64,000 bases of DNA from Bugula neritina (GCA_964035545.1 OZ037770.1:4372662-4436661), one strand, 5' to 3'; numbered from the stretch's first letter, positions 12,968 through 26,499 are shown. The notes: generated by a model from the letters alone, not told the origin. Numbers and translations: made by a program.

Positions 12968-14187
12968 ATGAAACTAACAAACTTGGTACAGGTAATAGGA
13001 GTAATGACCTTGACACTTGCTGTTATTGGTGGCAGCAGAGAATATCTTGAGGGTAAGATCACTATTAAAGCAATTATGCGAGCTCTTATAGAAAATATAA
13101 AGTTAGGCCTATAAATTCAGGAGTTAGATGATTACAAATGTTACTTGCTGAAAAACATATGTATAAATTTAGTTTAAATTTATATTTTAGATAAAAGAAG
13201 TATTGCTGAACTGTTTAATCCACCACGGATAGAGTGAGTTAAAGACTTAGTTTAGAGTTTCCTTCTTATCATATAAACTACTATAGCTAAAGAATGCCAT
13301 ACAACCAGATCAACTAGTATTACAACTTTCAACAAAACTTGCAATTCGATTGCCACTCATCATGACGTTGATAATTTTCGATGTTAATTAGGCTATGTTT
13401 TTAAATTATTATCTACAAGTTAATTTAAATATAGATTTTTAAAGCTTTTGTTACAATAAAAGTTATAACCTTTAAAATTTTTTGGACATGAATTGCTATG
13501 AACAATGAATGGTCCACGTAAAAAAATTTTAAAAGCTTTAAAACCAAAATTTCTAAAATGAATAGCTTGGTTATTTTCATTTTAGTTTGCAAATGTGTGA
13601 TTGATTAGTCAATCCTGTTATTAAGAGATCATTAATTCTTATATTTGTTTTTGCTATGGCAGGCAAAGAAATCCTCATGACTATAGATATTTCATAAAAC
13701 GTGGACGATCAAGTTGTCGTAGATGGCTTGGTAAGTTTTTTTTATTAAAAACCAACAGCTAAAACTAAAGTACATGTTTGTGCATTGCCATAATTAAATT
13801 ATGAATCATTAGTTATTGGCATGAAGCAAGGGAAGATTGGATGATAAGTTAGCTAATATACCAACAAGGTGTATGACTCATTTGTGAATAATATACCCAT
13901 GGCCATTGTGCACATACTATCAATGAGTTTCATAACTAAACAGCATAATTTTTCAAAAACCAGTGTTCAGTTATAGGCTTATTTCAAATTAAATAAAACA
14001 GAAAACTGTGAAATGATATTGAAAAGTAATTGCTCCTATCTTACAATTGTGTATTTTTCTTTATACGTTTTCAGGTTCATGTAAACACAATACTGACTGC
14101 TGCAATCAATTGAAGTGCATACCTAATTTTGGTTCACGGATAGGACGCTGTGACACTGCTGAGCTTCATATGATGCATGGGAAATAA
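12968..14187 (+). CDS. Secreted inhibitor-cystine-knot (knottin/conotoxin-like) prepropeptide, 102 aa; exons 12968-13052, 13191-13233, 13663-13730, 14075-14187
   Basis: All introns GT-AG with compatible phases 1,2,1. Product MKLTNLVQVIGVMTLTLAVIGGSREYLEDKRSIAELFNPPRIEQRNPHDYRYFIKRGRSSCRRWLGSCKHNTDCCNQLKCIPNFGSRIGRCDTAELHMMHGK*. Hydrophobic N-terminus, two KR sites, C-x6-C-x5-CC-x4-C-x10-C, C-terminal GK amidation signal, AATAAA motifs downstream (~14223, ~14285). Confidence 0.88.
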
Positions 14188-14939
14188 AGATTAGGTATTA
14201 TTTGAAAAAAAAGTTTTAATCAATAAAATTGATTTAGAATTACAGAACTATAATGCAGTTGATCCGTGACCGATTGTTAATAACAATAAACATGCATCTA
14301 AACGTCAATTATAAAAACAATGTATATTTTATAAGATAAGGAAGTGAATTGCAAATACCGCAACCAGCTATTTATTCTAGTCAAGAAAAATCAAACCAAT
14401 GCTTCACTTAACTCTTTAATATAAGTTTTATTATGCTCCAAATGTACACGTGTGTATAAGCAGCAAACATTTGCAAACAATGACATTGTTTTTTGGAACA
14501 ACTATATGATAGTATTGTGATCATAGTAACCTTGGCAATCACTTCTGAGCAAACTTCGGTGGTGAAGGTTTTAGCCAAATTTCACAAGTTGTTAAGGTTC
14601 ATATAATGGCTACAATATACAGTACATACAAGAAAATATGTTTCCTAAGATCAGCGTATAAACAGAACAGTACAACGGAATGTGTTTGAAAATTTGTTGA
14701 CTGACTGCCATTGAAAGCAGCGAAGACATTGTAAAGACCGATTTCTTGGTCTAGCAATCATATGGCTAGACCTGTCACGGTCTGGTAGTCTGTCTGTGTT
14801 GGTCAACATTGTCTTCAGTCCGTCAAACGAAGTATGTTGGTCAGTTGCCCAGTCAACGTCATTTTCTCTTGTTTGAGAAAAATGCCGAGTGGTCTGCTTC
14901 TACTTAGAGGCTGTTTATAAATTCAGCCATTACATATGT

Positions 14940-14970
14940 TATATATATATATACATATATATATATATAA

Positions 14971-15052
<82 letters not shown>
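14940..15052. repeat. (TA)n microsatellite
   Basis: Direct dinucleotide run. Confidence 0.97.
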
Positions 15053-15055
<3 letters not shown>

Positions 15056-15291
15056 CAAGAAATCACTAGACTGCCTGTGGAGCTTTAGGAAGAACTTTAT
15101 TTTTATAGTCATGATTTTTCTATAGTTGAGTCATATTTGACTTTACTTCATTCTGTAGAAAACTACAGTAATTGCTTGTGTTCAGCTTTAAACCTGTTTC
15201 ATTTGCTGTAGAGAAGAAGTTTTCTAAATTTGTATCATGCTGCTCACAAATTGATTAATTATGTGAATATCATCAGCTACTAATGCAACTC

Positions 15292-18200
15292 AATAGACCA
15301 TGTAAAACTCAGCCAATCAGCGAAGTGTACCAGGTCAATGTCTTACTATTGTAACTGATATAAAATTCTGCAAGTTCAATTGCAAAATGCATGCTTCTAA
15401 AAGCTAGTTGTGCAACTTTTTTTTCATGCATTATTTAATTTCATATCTTAAATTGATGACTCTTGAAATGATTTTTTAAAATGTCTAAATTAAGTGTTTA
15501 TAAAACGCAAATAAAAATTGCATGTCTAGAAAAATGACCTGGTACACTTTTGCAACTTAAGGCCAATTATTACATAACTGCCAGCTTAGTAGTTATTTGT
15601 TGTTGCAGCTTGAATGGGTTATTGTTTAGCATTGGAAGCTTGCAGTAAACATCTGTGAATTTGGTACATGACTTCGATTGGCTGGTTTTTGAATGGCCCT
15701 TTAGTATATGCATCTGGATGGCTGGGTAGTGTGGACTCCGCCTACATCTAGCTAATGTACAGTAGCCAATCCACAGTAGTATTACAAAATTTCTGTTTAA
15801 CAAATGAAATATTCTGGTCATTTGTTTTGTACTTTACAATAGTAAATATTCTATTCAACTAGAATTTTATTGTATGTAAGCCATGGGAACTACTAAGAGG
15901 TTAAATCAACCACCCATGCTGGTAATATTGTTGCTAGCAGTAATAGCAAGTCCACACAGTATAAATATACACATAAGCTATTATGTGCAGCTTATAAATG
16001 CTGAAATGACCCCATTTCTTACTTACAATTTGAAAAAAATTGTATTACATATTCTGCCACTTCTGCACCAGGAATTTGTTTTCCTTTTAAATTTTGAAAA
16101 TAGTAGTCAGTTTCTGCAGCAGTCAACTGCATCCACAATAAACAACGTAAGCTTTCAAATAAACTATAAGTATATGAAATATTAAGTGTGGAAACAATGT
16201 AATTTAGTTCTTGCTATGATGAAAAATTACAAGAATATTATATTATAAAAGCTAGATATAGATTTCTATAAAATGGCACAGGTAAAAATAACACATTTTT
16301 ACTTCAAATTTTAAATTTCATCAGTCACCAATGGTGGCTGTAGATTACAGAGAGCATAGCAGACTATCATAATCATAAGGATGGTCAGCCCACTGAGCAA
16401 AATCCAACTCCAATCTTTCATTTGGGTTACCAACGCACTAAAGCATATAATGTAAGACGAACAAAAAACAGTGGTTTTAATGAAACATGTGAAGGAAGCA
16501 AACAGAAAACGTTATCAACAGAGTCAGCTGATATAGAGCAACAGAACTCATCTGACAGCCATCCTCATAGTCAGGCTTCATCAGAAGTAACTGAGTTACC
16601 AGAATCATCAACTACTCAGAAAAAAAGATCTGCACATTCTATTGATAGACGAAAATCAAAAGTTGGAAGAAAAGGCTCAAAAAGATCCACGTTTAAACAA
16701 AAAGCAGCTATTGAAAAAGTAAAAGTTTTTAAAACTTTCATCACTACAGATGAGCAAACTAAATTCTATACTGAAATACCTACACGTTCTCTATACTATT
16801 TTTTAGCAAGGTGAAAATTATGATTTTCTTATTGCAAAGATAGACTATGGTTTATTACAAATAAACAATGCAAGTCTCACTATGCTAAAATTTCTACATT
16901 GATTAAATTTGATGTGTATTAAAACTGTCATTTTAATTAAATTTGTTGCATTGTGAGTGTATCATTCATACATTTTTTATTAAAGATGTTGTTTTATGTA
17001 AGATATTCATAAATACCACAGTGGACATCTGTATGCTTTGACTTATTTAGTTTAGGGTTTTATTTAAACAAGCAGCAGTATTTTATTTGTGGACAAATTG
17101 ACTCACTTTCTCTAGGAAAAGTAAATTGTTTTGACTTAAATTTTCCTTGGTTATTTTAAAGCTTATCAAAAGTGGCCTCCTAATCTAATTTTTAGCTGAA
17201 ACTAACTCAGTGTTTAAAACTAAAATGGTTTACACTTGTTACTAGTTTCACTTATTCACAAACATTATTAAATGCTATTCTAGAAATAATATGGGTTTGA
17301 ATTAGTTATAGTATAATTATAAAATGAAGTAATAATTGTTTGTCCACAGTATTTGTTTAAACTCATAACTTCATTCAAAGCATGTATTCATACAACTAGC
17401 TTACCATGTACTGTTACAGTATTATGTAACACATGTTGACACACATTACATTCTGTTTGGATGGTGATATATTGGGTCAAGCCTTCAGCTAGCAGTTCTT
17501 GAACTTCATAGTTGTTGCAAAATATAACTGAAGCTACTTACCAGAGGGTAAAAACTGCTGAATGAATACAAACTAAGCACAAAATTTATTTAGCACATAC
17601 ATTATAATTTGAATCATAATTTAATTTTCATTCTTTATTTTCTATATTTAGATTTATATGTCCGAAGATGAAAGTTCTTATTCTCCAAAAAAAGTTAACA
17701 AGACAAGATGAACTTTTATTGGCTTTGATGAAGCTGCGTCAAGGTTTACAGTTTCAAATACTTGCTGGCCTTTTTTATATCTCTAGATTGCTAGCAAGCA
17801 AAACCTTCAAAAACACATTAGATATTTTAGCAAGAGAACTGAACAATCTAATAGTTTTTCCAACAAGAGAGAAGCTGAACATCCCTCTGAGCTTTCAAAG
17901 CCAATATGCTACCATATATTTATAGTTTATTTGAAAGCTTACGTTGTGGATGTTGACTGCTATAGAAACTGACTACTATTTTCAAAATTTAAAAGGAAAA
18001 CAAGTTCCTGGTGCAGAAGTGGCAGAATATGTAATACAATTTTTTTCAAGTTGAAAGTAAGAAATGGGGTCATTTCAGCATTCATAAGCTGCACATACTA
18101 GCTTATGTGTATATTTATACTGTGTGGACTTGCTATTACTGCTAGCAACAATATTACCAGCATGGGTGGTTGATTTAACCTCTTAGTAGTTCCCATGGCT

Positions 18201-18787
18201 TACATACAATAAAATTCTAGTTGAATAGAATATTTACTATTGTAAAGTACAAAACAAATGACCAGAATATTTCATTTGTTAAACAGAAATTTTGTAATAC
18301 TACTGTGGATTGGCTACTGTACATTAGCTAGATGTAGGCGGAGTCCACACTACCCAGCCATCCAGATGCATATACTAAAGGGCCATTCAAAAACCAGCCA
18401 ATCGAAGTCATGTACCAAATTCACAGATGTTTACTGCAAGCTTCCAATGCTAAACAATAACCCATTCAAGCTGCAACAACAAATAACTACTAAGCTGGCA
18501 GTTATGTAATAATTGGCCTTAAGTTGCAAAAGTGTACCAGGTCATTTTTCTAGACATGCAATTTTTATTTGCGTTTTATAAACACTTAATTTAGACATTT
18601 TAAAAAATCATTTCAAGAGTCATCAATTTAAGATATGAAATTAAATAATGCATGAAAAAAAAGTTGCACAACTAGCTTTTAGAAGCATGCATTTTGCAAT
18701 TGAACTTGCAGAATTTTATATCAGTTACAATGGTAAGACATTGACCTGGTACACTTCGCTGATTGGCTGAGTTTTACATGGTCTATT
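15292..18787 (+). mobile_element. Non-autonomous PIF/Harbinger-ISL2EU-type DNA transposon derivative with ~880-bp inverted arms (15292-16176 / 17913-18787)
   Basis: Arms are reverse complements (identical 83-aa ORFs at 15570-15821 minus and 18258-18509 plus); termini AATAGACC...GGTCTATT. Interior encodes a THAP-tail-like DGQPTEQNPTPIFHLGY, the motif TDEQTKFYTEIP, and an HTH_Tnp_4-like KKLTRQDELLLALMKLRQGLQFQILAGLFYISRLLASKTF..IVFP. No DDE domain seen. Confidence 0.85.
16380..17912 (+). pseudogene. Truncated THAP / HTH_Tnp_4 transposase remnant
   Basis: ORFs 16422-16814 and 17668-17925, separated by an intron-like AT-rich segment; cut off by the right inverted arm. Confidence 0.75.
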
Positions 18788-20240
18788 TAGTCCTATAAGA
18801 GTATTTCAGTGAAATGCATGTAATAGTCTTCTCATGCCGATTCAAGAACAAAAAGCATTTGAACAAATTTATATTTACAAATTTATACCAATTGGCATTC
18901 AGACGGTAGTCAAAATGATTGAATCTTTAGTTTATGGTATTTGGTAGGACCCCGATGATATAGATATAAACAAATATTAATCACTGTGAGAATTTCCCGC
19001 ATTCAGCATGCCTAATTTTAAATTTATTGTCATATATCTTAAGATAAGTGCAGTATTAGAGAATTTGAAAAAAAGAATGGTATTCTAGACTAGAAATTTA
19101 GCAAAAGAGTTTTTATCAGCCCATTATAATATTACCTTTAAATATTTTATATTTTATGCAGGTATAGTTTATCATATCATAATAGAACTGGCATTGTTTT
19201 TGCCAATTTTTAAAGTAGCAGATGTATTTTAATTATAGATAATCGGACTAATTACTATCTATGTAATTTGCATCTATAGGATCAGTATCTGTGCCTATTT
19301 ATATTTTTCATGTTGCTAATTATAGGCAAACTATTAAGCTAGACAATCAAGCATTGTAAGATTTAATCTTAAATTCTGCAACAACTCAAAAACCTATATA
19401 TTGTTACTGCGATTTTGCTTCTGTAATTCAAATGTGCAGCTGCAACAGTTATACCAATTTATTACAAATAATCAAGTATCATATTTAAAAAAAATTAAAT
19501 ATATTTTTAGTTGCTTGAATAGTTGAACAAAATCAAGATTAGTCAAATAATATATTAAATTTGTTATCAAAGTCTATGTCACTACACTAAGAAAAAATAT
19601 TTTATGTCAATACTATTCTGCTGTATCAAATTATAAAAATATATATGTTTGTATAATTATTATTGATAAAACCTTTAAATTACATGTTTTTAATAGAGTA
19701 GCCAATATAATTTATAGATGCACCTTAATTCAGGTAACATTTTGTATTGTGTTTTATCATATGAAATATATTTAGGACATCTGTTTTCACATATTCATGT
19801 TATCTATGGTAGCTTTGGCTGTTTTTTGGGGTGAGTTGAACTACTTCAACAACTAAAAAGTGGTAATTAGCTTCACAGTCCCATATAATTTGTCTTTCTG
19901 TCTTCCATTCTTTACTATACTTTCTGTCATATATCTTAAAAAGAGATAGATGAATTAGTTGCTATTTTAAATGAAGCAGAAAGGGAGATTCATTAAGATA
20001 CTAATTTTGATAAAAAATTTGTCTTACATGTTTTATTGATTTAATTTACAGAGCGAAAACTCACTTGACACTAATAAAATATGTGAACATCTTCTGCAAT
20101 TACCATGTACATGCTACCACTATAATATGTGAAATTATATTTATTGTTGATTTGTTTATTGTTGACAAGCTAGTGATGCTATCCATATGCCATGATTTGC
20201 TGCCCAACAGATATATTGGTGCCATGTTATAAAACAATAG

Positions 20241-20249
20241 ATATAAAAG
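20241..20249 (+). promoter_or_regulatory. TATA box (atataaaag) of the second secreted-peptide gene
   Basis: Consensus-like TATA ~30 bp before an Inr-like tcatt and ~100 bp before ATG 20342. Confidence 0.5.
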
Positions 20250-20341
20250 CATCACCTCACTACGTATCTGCTCAATCATTATTCAGCCTCTGCTAAATTC
20301 GGCGACACGCAGGCAGCTAACTGGATAGTACCTGTCAAAAA

Positions 20342-21314
20342 ATGAGGAACTATTTTATACTTTATATTTTTGTCTTGACAATTACTATCAGCTTCTCAAA
20401 TGGGAATTTATTTGGTAAGACTCCGAATATCAGTTGTTGCAAGTCAAAAAAGTTGACAACACAGAGTTTTCTAAAATGCAAGCTTAGCTCTATATTTCGT
20501 TTCAACTTTGTAGTACAACTATAAGAATTATATTACTCTAGTGAATAATTAAAGTGATATGTTTATAATTTTCATTTTTTCCTTAAAGTCAACTATTTAG
20601 AATTTTCTTGCTGTGGAAAAACATCAACAATATAAGAAATAAATAATTTTTTTATCATCAATTAGAACACTTCTATAACGCATAAAGTCATTTCTTTTCA
20701 ACATTTTGCTAAATCTAATTTACTAACAAAGTGAAATAGAAATGAGCTAAATCTGATATAAATATTGTTATCTTTAATTTATCAGGAACAAGAGAAAGGT
20801 TTGCAAAGTCTGACAACTCCAACTACTACAATGTTCGGTAAAGTTCTATGTTTTATAAAAGTGGCAAGACTTTTCCCTAAACATGTCATGTTTTAAACAA
20901 TAGAAATCAAGCAGCATGTCATCTAGGCTGGTGAGAGCCTTTGCCTGACTTATAAGTAGAAAGTCATGGATTCAGACCCTGACAAATGTCATTGGTAATG
21001 TTAGGGAGAGCATCTACTCATAATTGCTTCTGTGCCCCATCTAAATGAGTCCGTTGCCTGATTGAACAAAAACCCCTTCTGCCCGGATTATCTCACAGGG
21101 ATGGTGACTGTAATATAAGCTTGCTTGAGTTATATTTTAAATAATAAATGTTGGCTGCAACTCAGAGCTTCTGACAAGTATATTTCAATTGTCAGAACTA
21201 CATATATATAATAAATATCTATGTAGATGAAATTGTTTTTAGCCTAAGAAATACAATATTTTCAGGCGATACCTTGATGACGGTCATCCGAAACCATCAA
21301 AGACGAAGCAATGA
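20342..21314 (+). CDS. Small secreted peptide precursor (~57 aa); exons 20342-20414, 20786-20837, 21266-21314
   Basis: GT-AG introns, phases 1,2. Product MRNYFILYIFVLTITISFSNGNLFGTRERFAKSDNSNYYNVRRYLDDGHPKPSKTKQ*. Clear signal-like N-terminus, RR site, upstream TATA. Confidence 0.65.
20908..21130 (+). mobile_element. tRNA-derived SINE (family A), decayed, in intron 2 of the peptide gene
   Basis: Degenerate A/B boxes and body collinear with 48573-48800 (gacaaatg...gagagcatc...cataat..ct.ctgtgcc.cat...tcacagg.atggtg...ctgct.gagt). Confidence 0.65.
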
Positions 21315-24300
21315 CTGTGGCTATAGCAACGGTATTACATATTAGTTATTAATTTTATCTTTATCTTTTTTTCTCATTTAATTTAGGTGTACAAATTGAA
21401 ATGTTTGCAATCCGTTAGTCCAAACATGAATATTATTAACAAAAGATTTCAGTATATATTTTCCTAGAATGTTGTTTAGAGACATAAAAAAACTGCCTAT
21501 GCGCAACATACTTTGCATCTGTTCAGTATCTCGTAATTAGACATAAAAAAATCAAAGCCAATTATAAGGCAAAAGACCATAATACTGTACTATCATTGGA
21601 TAGTTCTTCATCAATAAACAGGTAGTCGCCAGTGGTGGATATGAACCCCTCCTAGATTTTTCTCGTACTTCTTCCTCAAAAAACATTTTCATTAAGCCAA
21701 AAAGAAATAACAATACACCTTTTTAGTTGACACTTTTTAATTTCTGACTGATATTTCACCTTATTTCCAATTATAATCAACTTTTAACCGGCACTTTTCT
21801 TTGTAGTAATTCCTACCCTTTAGACTGTGTACTTTGAAATGAGTCTGTTTTACTCGTTACATAAAGTATAGTTGCACTGGCTACAGGTTGACACAAAAGC
21901 AAGCCTATCTTGATAAAATCATGCGCAAATGTAGAAACTACCGAGGAGTTTGTTCCTCATAATTAGAAATTGACAAATTATTTTTAATCCATTTAAAAGC
22001 ATCTGGTTAGGGAAGCATATGCCGTGTTCAATTTGTTATTCTAGCATTAACAATAACAGAATGCAATAATTATAAGTTTATGAAAGTAATTTGTTTTCTT
22101 TCTAATTACAAATATAATATTTTAGTATATATTGTAAATTTATAAGGCTTGCATTAGGAATAACGCAGCTAAAACATCATTTTCCTTAAAGTCTTAAAAA
22201 TATATAAGTATAACATAATACACTATGCCAATAAACTTATTAAAGTACCAAGCAAGCTTAGCTAGTTTAAGAAAAATTACACTAGGTAAATTCCCATTAT
22301 TTATAGAATGCTTGCTGATATTAGCTTTTGATGTAATTAAAGTAAATTATTATTTATCTTTCTAGCTAAGGATTTCTTGCCGTAAGTTTTGCTTTTATGC
22401 ATGGAGAAATGTCGTAACAAACGAGTTAAATTTTTATAGTACATAAAAATGTAATCTATAAGTCGAAGGTATTTAAACTTAGCCATTAACTCATTTTAAT
22501 TAGCAATGTAGCCTAAATCTAATACAATACAAAATATATACCAGTATATATAATATATTTTTACCATATGCTGTTGATTACAGTATTTGTAAAACAAATT
22601 TTATGTTCATTAATTAAATGCAACAAATATTTATAAAATACTAATAATGTTGAATAAATAAATTTAATAATTCCTTTTCTATTTAAATGGCTGCATAATT
22701 TCTTGCAAGGTTGTATAAAGGAGTTGTGGCCTACAACTTATTATGTGTTCAATTGTCACATATGTCTTAGGAAGAAGAAAACTCCCCAAAAATTCTTAGT
22801 TTGAAAATTCTAGTATAATTAAAATCACTTAATATATGTCTTTGAAATGCATTTTGCCACTCTGCAAAATTGCAGGAACAAATATATCATGAAGTAATAA
22901 ATGATTTATGAAGTAATTAACAAACCAATGTAAAAACTGTTGTTGTATATAGAACACAACATATTGATTTTCTTCAATTTCCACATCAAATCTATATATT
23001 CAATTATATCTAACCAATGCTAATAAACTAAACATGCATGCATACAAATATTTGCATCATATGCAAGTAATATTAGCTAATTAGCAACTATAGCATTTTT
23101 TCATTATCTTTATTGCTTGCATATGTCTAAGTATTATTAAAATAAGGTTTTTATTTGCAACTTTGCACCACAAATTACATAAAATCTAAAAACTTGAGTT
23201 GTGACATGCATTAGGGCTACTTATACACAAATAGACCTTCATAAAACTCTCAATGATTTTTTTCAACTCATGTATGCAAAAGTTTTGCATTAAAACAATT
23301 CTTCTAAATCACCTTAGAGCAGGAAATTATTACAAAAACAGCTTCTCATATATAATCTTTCTCCAGATTAATTTTTTTCCTGTATTTAAACTAACTTAGC
23401 AAGTGAAGATTGTGATATCACTCAGGTAATCACATATATATTATTCATAGCTGTAATACTTTAGCAATGAATAGATCATGTTTAATTTCCACTCTACCTA
23501 GCAGTTTTTCAGAATTATAGAGCTATGTATATCGTGAAATTGGAATAGCCTAATAGTTTTACATGTGTTTATAGCTAGACAAATTAACTTAAAAAGCTTA
23601 CAATAATTAGATGATATTTGCATTCTTTTGAAGGTTATGGTGAAGCTACTGCAAAACTGGCCATTAGTTTAGCATAATATGCAATGCCACGCAAAAGCAT
23701 GCCAAACAAGCAATGTTTATTTACCTTACCAGTGCAATTTTATCACCTTAAACACAAAAGCAAGTATAAAATACACATCCATATTAGATTAACTGTCAAG
23801 TTAAAAAAAGACAACATATATTCATGAGCTGGTTCTGTTTGCACAAGTACAATTTAGACCAGCTTATTATTTAGATTGCCACAAAAATATGACGTAAAAT
23901 ATGTCTTTAATCATTATTTTGATATTCACTGGTTGAAGATATTTTTTATATCCTAATATGTAAATATTGTACATAAATCTTAAAAATTAACTAGGTGAAT
24001 AAGGAAAACTGCTAACTTTATGAAACTGTTATGTTAATAAAGACAATGGCTATCAACAAATCCCACCAGACCACAAACTAATTGTAAATACTAAAGCTAT
24101 GTGTTGATCTAGCCTAGTCAATACACCACAAAGATGTATTATGACATACCACATTTTAAGTACTGGGTTACCATTTATTCTAATGGGTATTTGTTTAAAC
24201 TGTTATACACAGCTTTTTGCACTACCAATATACAAGCCAGTTGTTATTCTGTCACTTTTTATCTACATCTCTTTTTAATGCCAGTTACTTGTTAGCTTCA

Positions 24301-26499
24301 GTACAAACAGCTAAACATTCTACTCTACAGCCAATCTTACTGTTAACTCTTGTTTAACAATATTACAAGAATCTAAAAATTTGAGTGTGTTTTAAGTATA
24401 ATATTCTATCATTATAACTTTTAAATGAAACAATAATATGATAAATGCATTATAACTTTCTGAAAAGTTTTTTTGCAAAGTATATGTTTTTGGAAAATAG
24501 TTTAACAACATTTGCTAGGAGCATTATATTTATTCCTATCTAAAATAATTTTGTTTGAACTGCTATGTTTGTAATCATGTAATCAGAAGTAAAGCATCAG
24601 TAAAATGAGTATAAGTAGAAGCTTGACAGCTACATTAGGCATTGCTACATAGTACATAAATATATGGCCGTATTAAATACTTAGCTGCATTCACAGATAA
24701 ATGCATGGCTTGGAATTACAATACCATGAATACATTATTTATTTAGCTGGGTAACTATACAATTATGCCAAAGTGAAAAGCCTTTGGTTATTAATGCCTG
24801 AAATGTCTAACAATCTACTTGGGAGACCACCTTGTTGTTACAGAGTGAATGAGTTATTTGTTTGGCATTTGGATGATGGCACAAAGAAAGGCTATTTGGT
24901 TTGTTACTTGAGACTAGTAGCAAACTGCTACAGTCATAGCATCTTAGAAGATTTTGCATCACTTGCTAGAATTGTACATTATTTTAATGTAGCTATTGAA
25001 ATTAATATCGCACTGAAAACACAGTATTGCAAAATCTTAAGCTGTACATAATTATATTATGCATCAAAAAGTACTTCTGCTATTCGACTATCCCAGGTTT
25101 ATTTTAAACTAGCACTGCCAAAGTGCCTTGACTCTATTACAGTGTTTACTAGCTAATTTTGTTCTTCTCAATAGTGAAATAGATCTATTGCAAGAAATTA
25201 ATGACTAGATATAACAATAATGATTTTTAGGCAAGACTTTCGCATCTATATTGCTCATCTGCTAGCTTGAAATACCCCTCTCCTTGGACTAATCTCAGGC
25301 TTTTCATTGTTGTTTAAACAGTTTTTAAACTCCTATTTCAATAAATCATTACCAACACTGCCTGCATGTATTAATATTCATTAGTGCCATCAATGCACTG
25401 TGGAGACAGCACCTGATGTTCTGTATATTACATTATAGTACAGAGATACTAAATCCAAAACATCTAAAATAATTGATGCTTCTACCAGATTTTTAGCACA
25501 CCTATAATATGTATTCCTGTAGTAAATATTAATAAGATGTTTTAACTGATAGTTTTTATGCCATTATAATAATTTGATACTATAACTACAACTTGAAACT
25601 CTTTAACCAGCACATTGGTTAGTAATATTGCTTCTTGATATTTAATTGCTGGTTCACAAACTATCAATAATAGGGATGCATATCAAAACTTGACTGCATT
25701 CATAATATGATTTTAATGCTAGGTAATGACTAAGCATGTCTGGCTGATATGAGGTGACTATTTTGTACACTGTTTAACAACCTCAGCTTTTTGGGTTCAT
25801 TTAAAGCATCTGCAAATCTGTATTATACATAATTACTGTTAGGGCCAATTAATTAAATTGTTAACCCTGAAATGTTTTTTACACTGTAATACTAAGTAGT
25901 AAAAGATATGTATATATATATAAACTGATTGTAATTTATACATAACATTGTACATTTAAAAAAAATCACAAAATACATAATTTATTAGCTAAATTTCAAG
26001 GCGTTTTGTAGGTAGTGGGTTAATGTCAATAAAGTAGAATCCGGGAAGTTGAGTAGCTTTATTCAAGAGGAAGGCTCTCCAACAGTTCTACCAAAGCCTA
26101 AATAACATGTATAAAATAAAGGTTATATGCACAATTTTTTTTCCAAAACAGCCTGCAACTGTTTTGCTATTGCATATGCCCTATGCCATTCATCAAGTAG
26201 AACAATTTTAACCAGGATATCTAGAAAAGTTGACACAAGGGCTTTATAAACTATGTAACAGTAAAACTGTGAGTAGAAATTAATTGACACTATTGAATAA
26301 TGCTTTAGGTGCTGGCAACAACCATAAAAGAAAAGTTATATAACAAACAAATAGAAAAAGCACTAAACAAATCAACAGCATTATATACAATTGGGGCACA
26401 TACATGAAAACAGCAGCTAGTGTCATTTTCTTAAGACAGCACTATTTTAGGTATAAATTTAAGAAGTATTAGAAAATGCAGAAATTTACTGCAATTGGT

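Noticed and set aside
15570-18509. Twin identical 83-aa ORFs as a duplicated gene
   Set aside because: They are a by-product of the transposon's inverted arms and have no recognisable domain.
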